Assembly (NCBI GenBank): GCA_963817525.1
Contig: CAWFOU010000001.1
Location: 96,001 to 160,000 of the forward strand
Source: an uncultured archaeon
Lineage (GTDB): Archaea > Thermoproteota > Nitrososphaeria > Nitrososphaerales > Gagatemarchaeaceae
Direction: 5' to 3'
DNA length: 64,000 nucleotides
Numbering within the stretch: position 1 is the first letter of the stretch; each line of letters begins with the position of its first letter. Under the pieces are notes generated by a model, which saw only the letters and a program-made list of their open reading frames with translations, had not been told where the DNA came from and searched no databases. Shown piece after piece: positions 18,844 to 28,240 of this stretch. A program made the position numbers and the translations under genes.

Positions 18844-19886
18844 GTCATAACCGATGTGACCACCGAGAGGAGCGCGGCGAAGGCCGTTATCATGAGGATC
18901 CTGTTCACGAGTTTCCTCTCGTCTAACGGTCCACCCACAAGCATCATCCTCACCAACGTTATCGGAGCCCGGGGGTCGACCGAAGCGTGAAGCATCATGT
19001 CGTCTCCGACGAAGGTGGGCCTCGCCGCCATCCTCTTCCTCTCGACCAGCCCCCTCACGCTGGAGAGGGTGTAGTAGGAGTTCAGGACGGCAGGGATGAG
19101 CGCGACCAGCGCCGCGATCTCGATGCCGCCGAGGAACGACAGGATGACATACATCGCGCCGAAGGAGAGGGCGCCCGAGTCCCCGTCGAATATCTTGGAC
19201 GGGTACCGGTTGAAGTAGTAGAAGGAGGCCGAGACCGCCAAGAGCGGGAGGGCTATCGCCACAGTGGCCGCGGAGGTGCCGGGCAGCGCGTATGCTCTCA
19301 GGACTATCGCGACCACCAGCGCGGCGGAGACGATGGCGGTGAACCCCGCAATCTCGCCGTTGAACGCGTCGAGCATGTTGAAGGCGTTGGATGAGACCGG
19401 GATGGAAGCCACCACGATGAGGGCGAATATGATGAAGTGCGTCCCCGTCTCGGTGAACAAGGGGAAGTAGAGTATCGGGCTGTAGACGCTCGGGTAGATG
19501 TGCTCCGCCAGGGCCACGAAGACCCCGACCGCCATCAGGAGTGCCGGCTTGACCACCCCGCCCAGCCCTTTAAGGTCGTCGTAGAGACCAATGAGCCCGG
19601 CCGACAGGACCACCACGACGAGGACCAGCGGGAGCACGGTGCCGTAGAACGCCCAGGCGACGACCTCTCCCACCACCATCGCAGCTATGATCAGAGGCCC
19701 CGCGGGAGTAGGCACCCTGACGTCGCCCTTCTTGTGGGCGTCGTTGGTCGTCCTGCCCCTGGAGACGAGGAACGTGATGTATCGGGGCATGAGCAGAAAG
19801 ACGGCCGCCGCGGGGATGAGGAAGACGAGGAGCAGAGGGATGGCATCGCCCGCACCTGGAAGCAACAGTCGCCGCCCCCTCCACAC
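18831..19886 (-). CDS. MraY/GPT-family UDP-GlcNAc:dolichyl-phosphate GlcNAc-1-P transferase (AglH-like)
   Basis: GLIGLYDD, NAFNMLDAFNG and FNRYPSKIFDGDSG motifs; the true start is probably a few codons downstream. Confidence 0.88.
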   Translation of the reverse strand: MWRGRRLLLPGAGDAIPLLLVFLIPAAAVFLLMPRYITFLVSRGRTTNDAHKKGDVRVPTPAGPLIIAAMVVGEVVAWAFYGTVLPLVLVVVVLSAGLIGLYDDLKGLGGVVKPALLMAVGVFVALAEHIYPSVYSPILYFPLFTETGTHFIIFALIVVASIPVSSNAFNMLDAFNGEIAGFTAIVSAALVVAIVLRAYALPGTSAATVAIALPLLAVSASFYYFNRYPSKIFDGDSGALSFGAMYVILSFLGGIEIAALVALIPAVLNSYYTLSSVRGLVERKRMAARPTFVGDDMMLHASVDPRAPITLVRMMLVGGPLDERKLVNRILMITAFAALLSVVTSVMTWLL

Positions 19887-19992
19887 GAACCTTAAAGCCT
19901 TAGACGCCTTCGCGGGGCGAAGCGGACGAGGCCGGCGCCCTCACACAAGAATAAATATCTCTCGCGGACGGGTAGGACGCGACCAGCCCAAG

Positions 19993-20283
19993 ATGAACAT
20001 CAAAGATCTCAGGGACGGAATGAGGACTGTTGAGGCGGAAGGGGAAATAATCGACATATCGAGCCCGAGGGAGGTGTCCCTACGCACCGGAGGGCAGGCA
20101 AGGGTGGCGGACGCCACTCTGAAGGACGCGACAGGCACGATAAAGCTCTCGCTCTGGGACAACCAGATCGACATGGTGAGCAAGGGAGCGAAGGTGAAGG
20201 TCAGCAATGGCTACACCAATAATTTTAGAGGGGAAGTTCAGCTGAACATAGGCCGGTATGGAAAGCTCGAGATCCTTCAGTAG
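19993..20283 (+). CDS. ssb: Single-OB-fold single-stranded DNA-binding protein
   Basis: MNIKDLRDGM...VADATLKDATGTIKLSLWD...QLNIGRYGKL; TATA (ATAAATA) near 19951. Confidence 0.88.
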   Translation: MNIKDLRDGMRTVEAEGEIIDISSPREVSLRTGGQARVADATLKDATGTIKLSLWDNQIDMVSKGAKVKVSNGYTNNFRGEVQLNIGRYGKLEILQ

Positions 20284-20528
20284 CGGCAGTGCCCTCTTCA
20301 TCCAATTGCGATTCGCGCAAAGCAGCTGATTCCTCTCCTCTCAGCTTCTATTGCTCTACGCGGTTTTTTGGTGATATCCAGAGTGCTTTATGCGGCCATC
20401 TATCGATCGGAGAGCCCCACGTCCGACATCTTCTCCGATGTGGCCGGACTGAAACGACCTGTGGTCTGCGATTTTGATTTCCTCTAGGCGCAGTCCTTCC
20501 AGCAGCATTATACGCACCTCACCCCGCG

Positions 20529-21083
20529 GTGGCCAGGGACATGGGCAGGACCGGCAAAGTCTACCGGCGCATTCGAGCCAATCTGACAGACAAGCCCACC
20601 TTCTTCAGTTGGGTGAGGGAGGGGAGTCTCGCGGCCTCCGGGCGGCCGTACTCGAAGCGCCAGGTGGACTGGCTCAGGAGCAACGGGGTGAGCGCCATCC
20701 TCAGCCTTACCGAGGAGCCCCTCCCCGCCGAGTGGACCCGGGGCATGGAGGCCCGGCACATCCCCATGAAGGACCACGCCCCGGTCAGCCACTCGGACAT
20801 GCTCCTGGGCGCAGAATACGTCTCCTCCGCGCTCTCCGAGGGCAAGGTGGTCCTCGTCCACTGCCTCGCGGGCAAGGGGAGGACGGGGTGCGTCCTCGCG
20901 GCGTACCTCATCGTCCGCGAAGGGAAGACCGCGCGCCAGGCGGTGGACGAGCTGCGCGCAGCCCGCCCGGGCTCCGTAGAGCACCAGCAGGAGCAGCGGG
21001 TGCTGGACTTTGGGGCGGAGGCCCTCAAGCGAAGGCCGTCAGCAGCCCCTCGACCAGAAACCAAGCCGCGAACCCGACCATGA
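20529..21083 (+). CDS. Dual-specificity protein phosphatase
   Basis: HCLAGKGRTG (CX5R) and IPMKDHAP acid loop. Confidence 0.92.
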   Translation: MARDMGRTGKVYRRIRANLTDKPTFFSWVREGSLAASGRPYSKRQVDWLRSNGVSAILSLTEEPLPAEWTRGMEARHIPMKDHAPVSHSDMLLGAEYVSSALSEGKVVLVHCLAGKGRTGCVLAAYLIVREGKTARQAVDELRAARPGSVEHQQEQRVLDFGAEALKRRPSAAPRPETKPRTRP

Positions 21084-21651
21084 TTGCCGCGGAGCAGTAG
21101 GCTATCGCCGGAGCGAGCCGCTGGTACTTCCTCACCCCAGAGTGGACGAGCGCGGTGAACGCCAGCGTCCATGCGAGGATGCCGACGAAGAAGCCGGCAG
21201 CCACCGTCACGCCGTAGTCGGCCACCATGCCCGCCCCCACCGCCACCCACCACCCCAGCTGAAACGGGCTGGTCAGGCCCACGGAGAGGCCGAGGAGGAA
21301 CGGGAAGCGCCTCACCGAGGAGGACGACCACCTGCCCGAACTCGGCAGGGAGCCGGCCGGGAGGCGCACGGCCCTCCTTACGATCGTCAGGGCAAGGTAT
21401 AGCATGAGTGCGCCCCCTGCGAGGAAGAGGACGCCCCTCTCGCCCGTGGTGACGAGCCTGGCCACCCCGTAGTACGTCAGGACGAAGAAGACCCCGTCCG
21501 CAGCGGTCGCCCCGAGCATGACGAGCCACCCCGCCGACCAGGAGCGCGAGACGACCTGCTGCGCCGAAAGCGCCGTGACCGGCCCAGGAGGCGCGGCGAT
21601 CGAGAACCCCAGCGCAGCCCCGCTGAGGAAGATCTGGATGGCGTCAGGCGT
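21025..21651 (-). CDS. LysE family translocator (no canonical start; ACG at 21651)
   Basis: The frame continues upstream of the ORF-track start as xPDAIQIFLSGAALGFSIAAPPGPV, the LysE N-terminal motif. Confidence 0.8.
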   Translation of the reverse strand, partial: TPDAIQIFLSGAALGFSIAAPPGPVTALSAQQVVSRSWSAGWLVMLGATAADGVFFVLTYYGVARLVTTGERGVLFLAGGALMLYLALTIVRRAVRLPAGSLPSSGRWSSSSVRRFPFLLGLSVGLTSPFQLGWWVAVGAGMVADYGVTVAAGFFVGILAWTLAFTALVHSGVRKYQRLAPAIAYCSAAIMVGFAAWFLVEGLLTAFA

Positions 21652-21822
21652 TCTGCCCCAACCCCAAGGGAGTCACTCGCCCGCCTCTACCCCCTAAAAG
21701 CATTGGCCAGGAAATGAAGAACCCCCCGTCCGCCCCGAGTGAGAATTCGCACGACTCCGCGGTGGCGCCCTTCGTGGCGATGTCTATAGCCTTAAATCTA
21801 TCAGGATGCCCTTATTGGAGTC

Positions 21823-21942
21823 ATGACCCTAGAAGACAAGGTAAGATACGGAGTGATGGCACTGAGCGGCGCGTCAATCGTCTTTGCGACGCTGGGCGTC
21901 CACGTCTCCCCCTTGGAAGTCATCGGCGGCTACGGCAACTAG
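21823..21942 (+). CDS. 39-aa small peptide with signal-peptide-like hydrophobic core
   Basis: MTLEDKVRYGVMALSGASIVFATLGVHVSPLEVIGGYGN; TTAAAT about 26 nt upstream; below the ORF-track cutoff. Confidence 0.7.
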   Translation: MTLEDKVRYGVMALSGASIVFATLGVHVSPLEVIGGYGN

Positions 21943-21961
21943 AGCCAGAGCAAAAACGGGC

Positions 21962-23113
21962 CTAAGGCCCTCTCTTGATCTGGAGCAACAGCTGTTCGAA
22001 CTTTCCGAGGACCTCGGACTGGTTGAACTTCCAGGACTTTGACTCGCTGTCGTAGAGCCTCGGCTCGAGGCCGAACGAGAGGCAGTGTGTCTGGTCCACC
22101 ATGAACCATCGAGCCTTTTCCCTAACGGGGAGCAGGGCGCGCGAGAGGAACTGCATCGCCTCCGAGATCGTGTCGGTCGGGAAGACGAGCTGCGCGTAGT
22201 AGCTGTTCCTCCCGGAAGCCTCCCACCAGAGGAACGGGAGGGTGTTGACGAGGCCCATCACGGTCGCCTTCTCGCCAGGGGTGACGTCCTTCAACATTAT
22301 GTCTATCGGCTGGTATGCGTGCCTCCTATGCTTTCCCCTGTCGTTCTCGGGGTTGTAGGCCGTTCCGATCCAGTTGACCTTGTGCCCCTTTAGCATCTGC
22401 TTGCCTAGCACGTGCTTCCTGTGATGGAAGCTCAACGTCTTGTAGTTGATCCCGGTCTCCTTCTGGACCTCCGAGAGGGGCTTTGTCTCGTCCCTCTGCA
22501 GCCGCTTGATTATCTCAAGGTCGATCTTGTCGACGTGGACCTTCGCCGAAGGCCCCTCCATCGGCGTGGGGTAGAGCTTCGCGGGCGTCGACCACTCGAA
22601 CTCCCACCGCCCCGCCTCGAAGTCGTACAGGTCGGACTTCATTGGGGCGTTCCTCGCCCAGTCGAAGGCTGCGAAGTCGACCGCTGTGAAGAGGCCCTCC
22701 TCCCCCAGGCGGCGCATCATCTCCATCCAGGCGCCCACCGACTCCACCGGGACCGCCCCGTGGACGATGTAGTGCCCCTCGGGCAGGGTCATCACGAAGC
22801 TCTGGACGTAGCAGAGCTGGCTCATCGCGGTGAGGATGGGCTCGGCCTGCTCCTCGTAGTCCTTCCCGAAGTCCACTATGGCGATAACCCTCGCGAGCCC
22901 CAGCTTCTCGAAGTTCACGGAGGGCTGTATCACGAACCCCTGCTTGAGGAGCTTCTTGAACCAGTAGCGTACGGACTCCTTGTGCTCCCCCATCCTCTTC
23001 GAGATGGCTGGGATGTCCGGGCCTACCTCGGTCACCAACTTGGCGAACTCTCCGATCTTCGCGTTGATGTCCCTGGGTTCGTCCTTGCGGGCCATTGCAG
23101 GTTCCGAGACCAT
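21962..23113 (-). CDS. Tandem Lrp/AsnC-like regulator (two HTH plus ligand-domain units)
   Basis: IPAISKRMGEHKESVRYWFKKL...NFEKLGL and DKIDLEIIKRLQRD...LSEVQKETGINYKTLSFH. Confidence 0.75.
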   Translation of the reverse strand: MVSEPAMARKDEPRDINAKIGEFAKLVTEVGPDIPAISKRMGEHKESVRYWFKKLLKQGFVIQPSVNFEKLGLARVIAIVDFGKDYEEQAEPILTAMSQLCYVQSFVMTLPEGHYIVHGAVPVESVGAWMEMMRRLGEEGLFTAVDFAAFDWARNAPMKSDLYDFEAGRWEFEWSTPAKLYPTPMEGPSAKVHVDKIDLEIIKRLQRDETKPLSEVQKETGINYKTLSFHHRKHVLGKQMLKGHKVNWIGTAYNPENDRGKHRRHAYQPIDIMLKDVTPGEKATVMGLVNTLPFLWWEASGRNSYYAQLVFPTDTISEAMQFLSRALLPVREKARWFMVDQTHCLSFGLEPRLYDSESKSWKFNQSEVLGKFEQLLLQIKRGP

Positions 23114-23266
23114 GCGTCTGGTTCCATGACAAGTTGGTATTTAATCTTGTGTGAAATCTCAATAACTCTCTATAGGCACAATACTGTATTTCGGCAAACG
23201 CAGGCGTCTTGCGCCTCACGCCTATATGGAGGGGGTGGGCGAAAGCCACGTGCAGGTTGACTCGCG

Positions 23267-23848
23267 ATGAAGATCAGCAGGTTCTCGACCGTCACCCTCG
23301 TCCTCGTCTTCCTCTTCTCTTTGGGCGCGCTCTTCCTCCTCCCCCTCTCCCCGCGCCCGTATTTCTTCGGGATAGGCTCGCTGGGAGACCTCTTCGGCTT
23401 CCTCGCCCTCGCGCTCATCGCGGCGACGGGCGTCCTCATGCTCTTCAAGAGGAGCCTCGCCGGGTGGATGGGTAGCAATGAAAGGTTGTGGAGGCTCCAC
23501 GTCGTCATCGCCGGGGCGGGCGGGCTCTTCCTCGGGCTGCACGTGGTGATATTCCTCGTGTTCCCGCTCTCGCTCCCCGTCCTCCTGGGCTACGCCGCGA
23601 CAGGGGCTGCACTCTTCGTCTGGATCACCGGGGGGATATACTTCCAGGGAGTCCGCAACTCCATGTTCTCCCACGGGCTCCTCTCGATTGGCGCGATCTT
23701 CTTCATGGTCGTGCACACCATCGGGTCTGGGCGAAACATCCCCGTGGAGCTCTCAGGGATCAGCCTCGCCCTGACCGCCGTCGCGGTGCTCGCGGGGGTC
23801 ACCTGGAGGCTCGTGAAGGCCTGGAGGGCCGAGGGGCCCCTCGCCTGA
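23267..23848 (+). CDS. Membrane protein with TM histidines (ferric reductase/cytochrome b-like)
   Basis: WRLHV, GLHV, FSHG and VVHT histidines in about six TM helices. Confidence 0.55.
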   Translation: MKISRFSTVTLVLVFLFSLGALFLLPLSPRPYFFGIGSLGDLFGFLALALIAATGVLMLFKRSLAGWMGSNERLWRLHVVIAGAGGLFLGLHVVIFLVFPLSLPVLLGYAATGAALFVWITGGIYFQGVRNSMFSHGLLSIGAIFFMVVHTIGSGRNIPVELSGISLALTAVAVLAGVTWRLVKAWRAEGPLA

Positions 23849-24329
23849 CGCCGGCTGGCTTCTCGTCGTAGCGGAACTCCATCTCCCAGGTGCGCTTCCA
23901 GCCTAGCTTCGAGTAGACCTTCCTGCCCATGAGGGATGAGTGCAGCACCATCTTGTAATGGCCGTTCTTCCTGCCCCACTCCATGGCCTCTTCCACTATC
24001 ATCGACGCGAGGCCCTTCCTCCTGAACTCAGGCCGGGTGTAGACGGAGAGGACGTAGGGCACCATCCCGTGAGGGTGGCCCGGCGAAGGCTGCACCCCGC
24101 GCAGCCACACTCCTCCGCTCGCGACTGGCCTGCCGTCGCTCGTCTCCAAGATGTAGACGTGGAAGAGCTCGCGCCTCATCATGTCCTTGGCCCAGGCCGC
24201 GTACGCCTCGTCGTGGAGGCGGAGCTCCTCCTCCGTGGGGCTGATCATCTCCTGAAACATCCTATGCCTGTGCTCGACGAGGAGCCCCACGTCCTTGAGG
24301 TTCGCCCGCCTTATCTTGAACTCCGGCAC
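23799..24329 (-). CDS. GNAT family N-acetyltransferase
   Basis: VYTRPEFRRKGLAS and GRKVYSKLGW. Confidence 0.9.
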   Translation of the reverse strand: MPEFKIRRANLKDVGLLVEHRHRMFQEMISPTEEELRLHDEAYAAWAKDMMRRELFHVYILETSDGRPVASGGVWLRGVQPSPGHPHGMVPYVLSVYTRPEFRRKGLASMIVEEAMEWGRKNGHYKMVLHSSLMGRKVYSKLGWKRTWEMEFRYDEKPAGVRRGAPRPSRPSRASR

Positions 24330-24372
24330 GCCCGCTCTCCCGAGCCGGGATGCCGGGACTTTATCCTTGCGC

Positions 24373-25794
24373 CTAGGGCCACGACATCTTCACGTACTTG
24401 TAGGCGTATTCTGCTGCGAGCAGCCCCGTCACCGTAGCCTGGGAGATCCCGCCCACGTATCCGCCGTTCGGCCCTCCCATCAGGCCCCCGACGACGTCGC
24501 CCGCCGCGTACAGCCCCGGGATCGACTTGCCGTGCCTGTCGACGACGTTCGCCCTCCTGTTGACGAGGGGGCCGCCCATCGTCGAGATTATCCCGGGGAC
24601 CACCTTCATCCCGTAGTAGGGAGGCTTCAGCGCGCCGGGGTTGTTTATCCTGGGGACAGGCAGCTCCCCGAGCCTGCGCCTCATCGCCGCCGTGTTGAAC
24701 TTCTCGACCGTAGCCTCGAGGGCCTTGCCGTTAATGCCGAGCTTGACCGCCAGCTCCGCCAGGCTGTCGGCCTTGTAGATGTCGCCCCCCTTCTCGATGA
24801 GCCACGGGTTCGCGGGGACCAGCGTCTGGGTGTCCATCTTCGAGCGCTCCCACGCCTTCTCGTCGAAGATCAAGCGCGCCTCCCCTACCTCGTCCCACCT
24901 CGCGACCGCGTTGGCTACGGCCACGTCCCCCCACCCTTCGTCACGGAATCGCCTCCCGGTCCCGTCCACGATTATCCCATCCTCGATGAGCGTCTCCAGG
25001 GTCGGGTAAGGCCAGAACCTGTCGTCCGTGAATGCCATCGCCGAGACCATGTGCGCGTTGAGGTACTGTAGGTTCACGACCTTCGCCCTGATGGCCAGCG
25101 CCATCTTCAGGCCGTCACCCGTGGCGGTCGCAGACCCCATCAGCTTGCATCCGTCGGCACGGCGGCCTATGTTCTTCCTGAGCAGCTCCCTGTCCGCCTG
25201 GAAGCCACCCGTGGCGAGCACCGTCGCGCCGGCCGGGAGCTTGACCCGCTTTCCCGTGCTGTCCAAGGCCTCGACGCCCACCACCTTGCCCTTGTGGGTG
25301 AGCAGCTTCGTCGCCTCTGTGTTCGTGGCGCTCACGCCTTGGTGGGCGTCGAAGAAGGCCCTCAGCTTCTTTACTATGTTGGGGCCGACGTCCACCTTGT
25401 AGACTGGCGCCGTGGAGATCTTGGACTTGACCTCCAGTCGCGGGGTGTCTCCCCCCGTCCTGTCCACCTGGACGCCCGCGGACTCTAGCCACTCCATGCC
25501 CCTCCGGCAGTTGTCCGCCCAGGCGCGTGCGAGCTCCGGGAGCGCGGTGCCCCTGGTCATCACCCGGTTGTTTAGCTCGTCGGCGGTAGACCCGTAGCTG
25601 ATCCCGGCCGTGTAGTAAGCGCCGGTCGTCGTGAGCGTGTTCCCCTCGCCCATGAAACCGCCCCTCTCCACGAGGAGGACCACGGCGCCCAGCTCGGCCG
25701 CTCTCGAAGCCGCGACGAGCCCGGCCAACCCTCCGCCCACGACCAGGATGTCGTGCTTCTCCTGACCAGCGGACATCTCTGGCCTCAGAGGCAC
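24373..25794 (-). CDS. FAD-dependent oxidoreductase (flavocytochrome c/TcuA-like)
   Basis: VVGGGLAG, LATGGF, TGDG, STMGG, IPGLYAAG. Confidence 0.88.
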   Translation of the reverse strand: MPLRPEMSAGQEKHDILVVGGGLAGLVAASRAAELGAVVLLVERGGFMGEGNTLTTTGAYYTAGISYGSTADELNNRVMTRGTALPELARAWADNCRRGMEWLESAGVQVDRTGGDTPRLEVKSKISTAPVYKVDVGPNIVKKLRAFFDAHQGVSATNTEATKLLTHKGKVVGVEALDSTGKRVKLPAGATVLATGGFQADRELLRKNIGRRADGCKLMGSATATGDGLKMALAIRAKVVNLQYLNAHMVSAMAFTDDRFWPYPTLETLIEDGIIVDGTGRRFRDEGWGDVAVANAVARWDEVGEARLIFDEKAWERSKMDTQTLVPANPWLIEKGGDIYKADSLAELAVKLGINGKALEATVEKFNTAAMRRRLGELPVPRINNPGALKPPYYGMKVVPGIISTMGGPLVNRRANVVDRHGKSIPGLYAAGDVVGGLMGGPNGGYVGGISQATVTGLLAAEYAYKYVKMSWP

Positions 25795-25870
25795 TCGCCG
25801 GATATTAATGCGTCCCGGTTTCCGCGTTCAGTTTGGCGCTCTGGGTCTACCTCGGGCCCCACCACGCCCG

Positions 25871-26470
25871 TTAGTCCGGCCGGCGATTGCCAGGGCCCGA
25901 GGGGCGCTGTCCAGCAGGGTATTGCTTTCGAAGCTCAGCGACTCGGCCAAGCCACTCTGGCATGGGCTTGCCGTCGAGCTGCGCCTCCAGGCGCTCGAGG
26001 AAGGCGTGCATCCCCGACGCGAAGCCTATCGCGGTCCCGCGCGTCAGCTTGCGGAATGTGAACGTCATGAGAGTCTCCTGCCCGTCCCGGGCGAGCTCCC
26101 AGCGGACTATCGAGTCCTCCCCCGAGGGAAGCTCGGGGCGCGGCGCGACCTTCCATTCGTGCTCGAAGAGGTGCGGCGGGTCCCAGGAGAGTATCCGGCC
26201 GGTGACGTGGAATTGCGACGGCCCGCTGACGAAGTCGATCGACCCGTCCCTCCCGGCAGTTATCTTGACGCGTGTCATGTACCACCCTTTGAGTTCCTCC
26301 GGGTCAGTGATGGCCGACCACACGTCCTCCGGGGGGTGCCCGATGCGGCGGGTGAACGTCATCGTCGCGCAGTCGCCATCGAACGCGAGGGTCCCCACCG
26401 GGGTGACCTGCCTATCGGAGTTCGACACGGTCTCACTTCGCCCCCCTGGATGCGGCGCGCCTCTTGTCAA
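25871..26470 (-). CDS. SRPBCC/AHSA1-like protein
   Basis: RRIGHPPEDVWSAITDPEELKGW...GMHAFLERL. Confidence 0.88.
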   Translation of the reverse strand: MTRGAPHPGGRSETVSNSDRQVTPVGTLAFDGDCATMTFTRRIGHPPEDVWSAITDPEELKGWYMTRVKITAGRDGSIDFVSGPSQFHVTGRILSWDPPHLFEHEWKVAPRPELPSGEDSIVRWELARDGQETLMTFTFRKLTRGTAIGFASGMHAFLERLEAQLDGKPMPEWLGRVAELRKQYPAGQRPSGPGNRRPD

Positions 26471-26765
26471 GGTGCTCCTCGAGCGCGCCCAAGCGGTCGG
26501 ACCAGAAGGGACGGTATATGGACACCCAGCGGTCGAGCTCTCGGAGCTTCTCCGGCCTGAGTGTGTAGATCCTCTGCTGCGCCTGCGGTCGCACGTCGAC
26601 CAGGCGCGCCTCCCGCAAGACCCTCAGGTGCCTCGAGACGGCAGGCTGAGTGAGCCAAGGGAAGGCGTCAACGAGTTCTCCCGCAGAGCGCTCCCCCTTC
26701 GCCAGCAGGACGAGCATCTCCCGCCTGGTGGGCTCGGCCACCGCGGAGAAGACGTCCATCGCCAT
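26433..26765 (-). CDS. ArsR/SmtB family regulator
   Basis: FSAVAEPTRREML...QPAVSRHLRVLREARLV. Confidence 0.92.
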   Translation of the reverse strand: MAMDVFSAVAEPTRREMLVLLAKGERSAGELVDAFPWLTQPAVSRHLRVLREARLVDVRPQAQQRIYTLRPEKLRELDRWVSIYRPFWSDRLGALEEHLDKRRAASRGAK

Positions 26766-26773
26766 CCTCTAGG

Positions 26774-27202
26774 TCACTTTTTCCAGTCTGAGGAGGCGGG
26801 CATCGCCTTCGGCTCCGTTATGCCGAAGGAATTGCCGTCAGGGTCGGTGAAGGCCGCGGCTATCGACCAGGGGTATTCGACGGGCTCCGACCTGAACTCG
26901 ACCCCGCGGGCCTTCAGATCCGCGTACGCCTGGCGGCAGTCCCTGACCTGGAAGTTCCAGGAGGTCCCGTTCCCGGCCTGATTGTGGCTGGGCGGGACGC
27001 CTTCGGTCCTCGACCCGGCCTGCCATAGCGAGATCTCGATGTCCTGGCCCTTGGGGGCGACCGTCACCCACCTGGGGGCACCCGGGGGAGCAACGTCCGC
27101 CCGCTTCTCCAGCCCCAGCGTCTTGGTGTAAAAGTCGAGCGCGGCCTCCTGATTCTTCACAACTACCGTGACGAGAGTCAGCTTCTCAATCGGTGAGTCC
27201 AT
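26774..27202 (-). CDS. VOC/glyoxalase family protein
   Basis: ALDFYTKTLG...FTDPDGN. Confidence 0.9.
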   Translation of the reverse strand: MDSPIEKLTLVTVVVKNQEAALDFYTKTLGLEKRADVAPPGAPRWVTVAPKGQDIEISLWQAGSRTEGVPPSHNQAGNGTSWNFQVRDCRQAYADLKARGVEFRSEPVEYPWSIAAAFTDPDGNSFGITEPKAMPASSDWKK

Positions 27203-27225
27203 GAGCCGGGTATGACTGATACGTG

Positions 27226-27245
27226 ATATAAGCGTTAGCGTATAT
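27226..27245. promoter_or_regulatory. Imperfect palindrome over the VOC-ArsR-SRPBCC promoter
   Basis: ATATAaGCgttaGCgTATAT overlaps the minus-strand TATA; candidate ArsR operator. Confidence 0.4.
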
Positions 27246-27380
27246 TCAGACGAAGGTTTGGGCCGCGGGCTCGATCTACAAGTGGTAGATGCCGCGGACT
27301 CACCTCGAACGCAGTCATTGGGCGCTCGAGTATCCGAATGGATCCTTACTAGAATCCTTGGCGCGCTCGACGGGATGCGC

Positions 27381-27668
27381 CTAGTCGCCCGCGATCGCGA
27401 ATATGCTTATCACGGCGACGACGAGAAACGCGATTCCGGCATAGAAGAAACTGCCCGTAACGAACAAGATGAGGACCGCGACCAGGATGGCAGGCAGCAG
27501 GACTATGGCGGCAGCCACGATGAATACGATAATCACCACGCCTATTGCCAGAAGGATGATGCCACCGAAGAGGTCGGCCACGCCTTTCAGAACCCTTTCT
27601 CCCACGTAGAGGGGAGTGCCCGACAGCGCTTGAATCAAGCTGAGCAGGGAAGCGTCCAGGGCTATCAA
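27381..27668 (-). CDS. Small hydrophobic membrane protein
   Basis: Almost entirely hydrophobic; minus-strand TTTTATAA near 27706-27712. Confidence 0.65.
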   Translation of the reverse strand: MIALDASLLSLIQALSGTPLYVGERVLKGVADLFGGIILLAIGVVIIVFIVAAAIVLLPAILVAVLILFVTGSFFYAGIAFLVVAVISIFAIAGD

Positions 27669-27821
27669 GGCAGAGAACTCTGCTCCATCAATACTGAGTC
27701 TGGATTATAAAAGCGACGCGCCTCATTTTCACTTCTCATTCCATGGTTCAGTCAGGTGTGCCTCTGATTGCGCGACCCTATCGCCATCTTTATTATTCCA
27801 TTGACGCTCTCGGGGTGAGGC

Positions 27822-27959
27822 TTGCCAGGCCGGAATCCTAAGAAGAAGACTCGCCAAGGTATCGGTAAAAGAGGGAAGAAGACCGTCTCGAAAGGAAAAC
27901 GTGAGGAAGAGGACCCAGCGAGCTTCAAGGCAGGCGAATCTGACGAAGACGATGACTGA
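27822..27959 (+). CDS. 45-aa basic/acidic bipolar small protein
   Basis: MPGRNPKKKTRQGIGKRGKKTVSKGKREEEDPASFKAGESDEDDD; TTTATTA 27 nt upstream. Confidence 0.5.
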   Translation: MPGRNPKKKTRQGIGKRGKKTVSKGKREEEDPASFKAGESDEDDD

Positions 27960-28240
27960 CCGGAGGGCGAAGCCCGAAGACGCAGGACCAGAACAGATAT
28001 TTCTCAGGTGGTCCGCAACCCGCACGCATTTCTGCTCGGCTCTTGCAATACCGACGTCTGCTTAACAACGCTCAATTACCTCGCCTGGGAACAAAAGGTG
28101 TACCCGCGGTTGAAAGTGACGGAACTGAGGCTCGAGCAGAAGCTGGGACCCGTGGAAGCCGATGCGATCCCTAGCTCGATTTCGCGTCGGAGTCCTCACC
28201 TGGCTCTTCCAAAGGGCGTGTGCTCTTCCAGTGAGAGGGA

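Noticed and set aside
21714-21965. 83-aa ORF in the track
   Set aside because: Reads through a TATA box; the 39-aa ORF in another frame has better promoter spacing and composition.
27729-28025. 98-aa minus-strand ORF
   Set aside because: No recognisable motif; it is the antisense shadow of the purine-rich 45-aa ORF.
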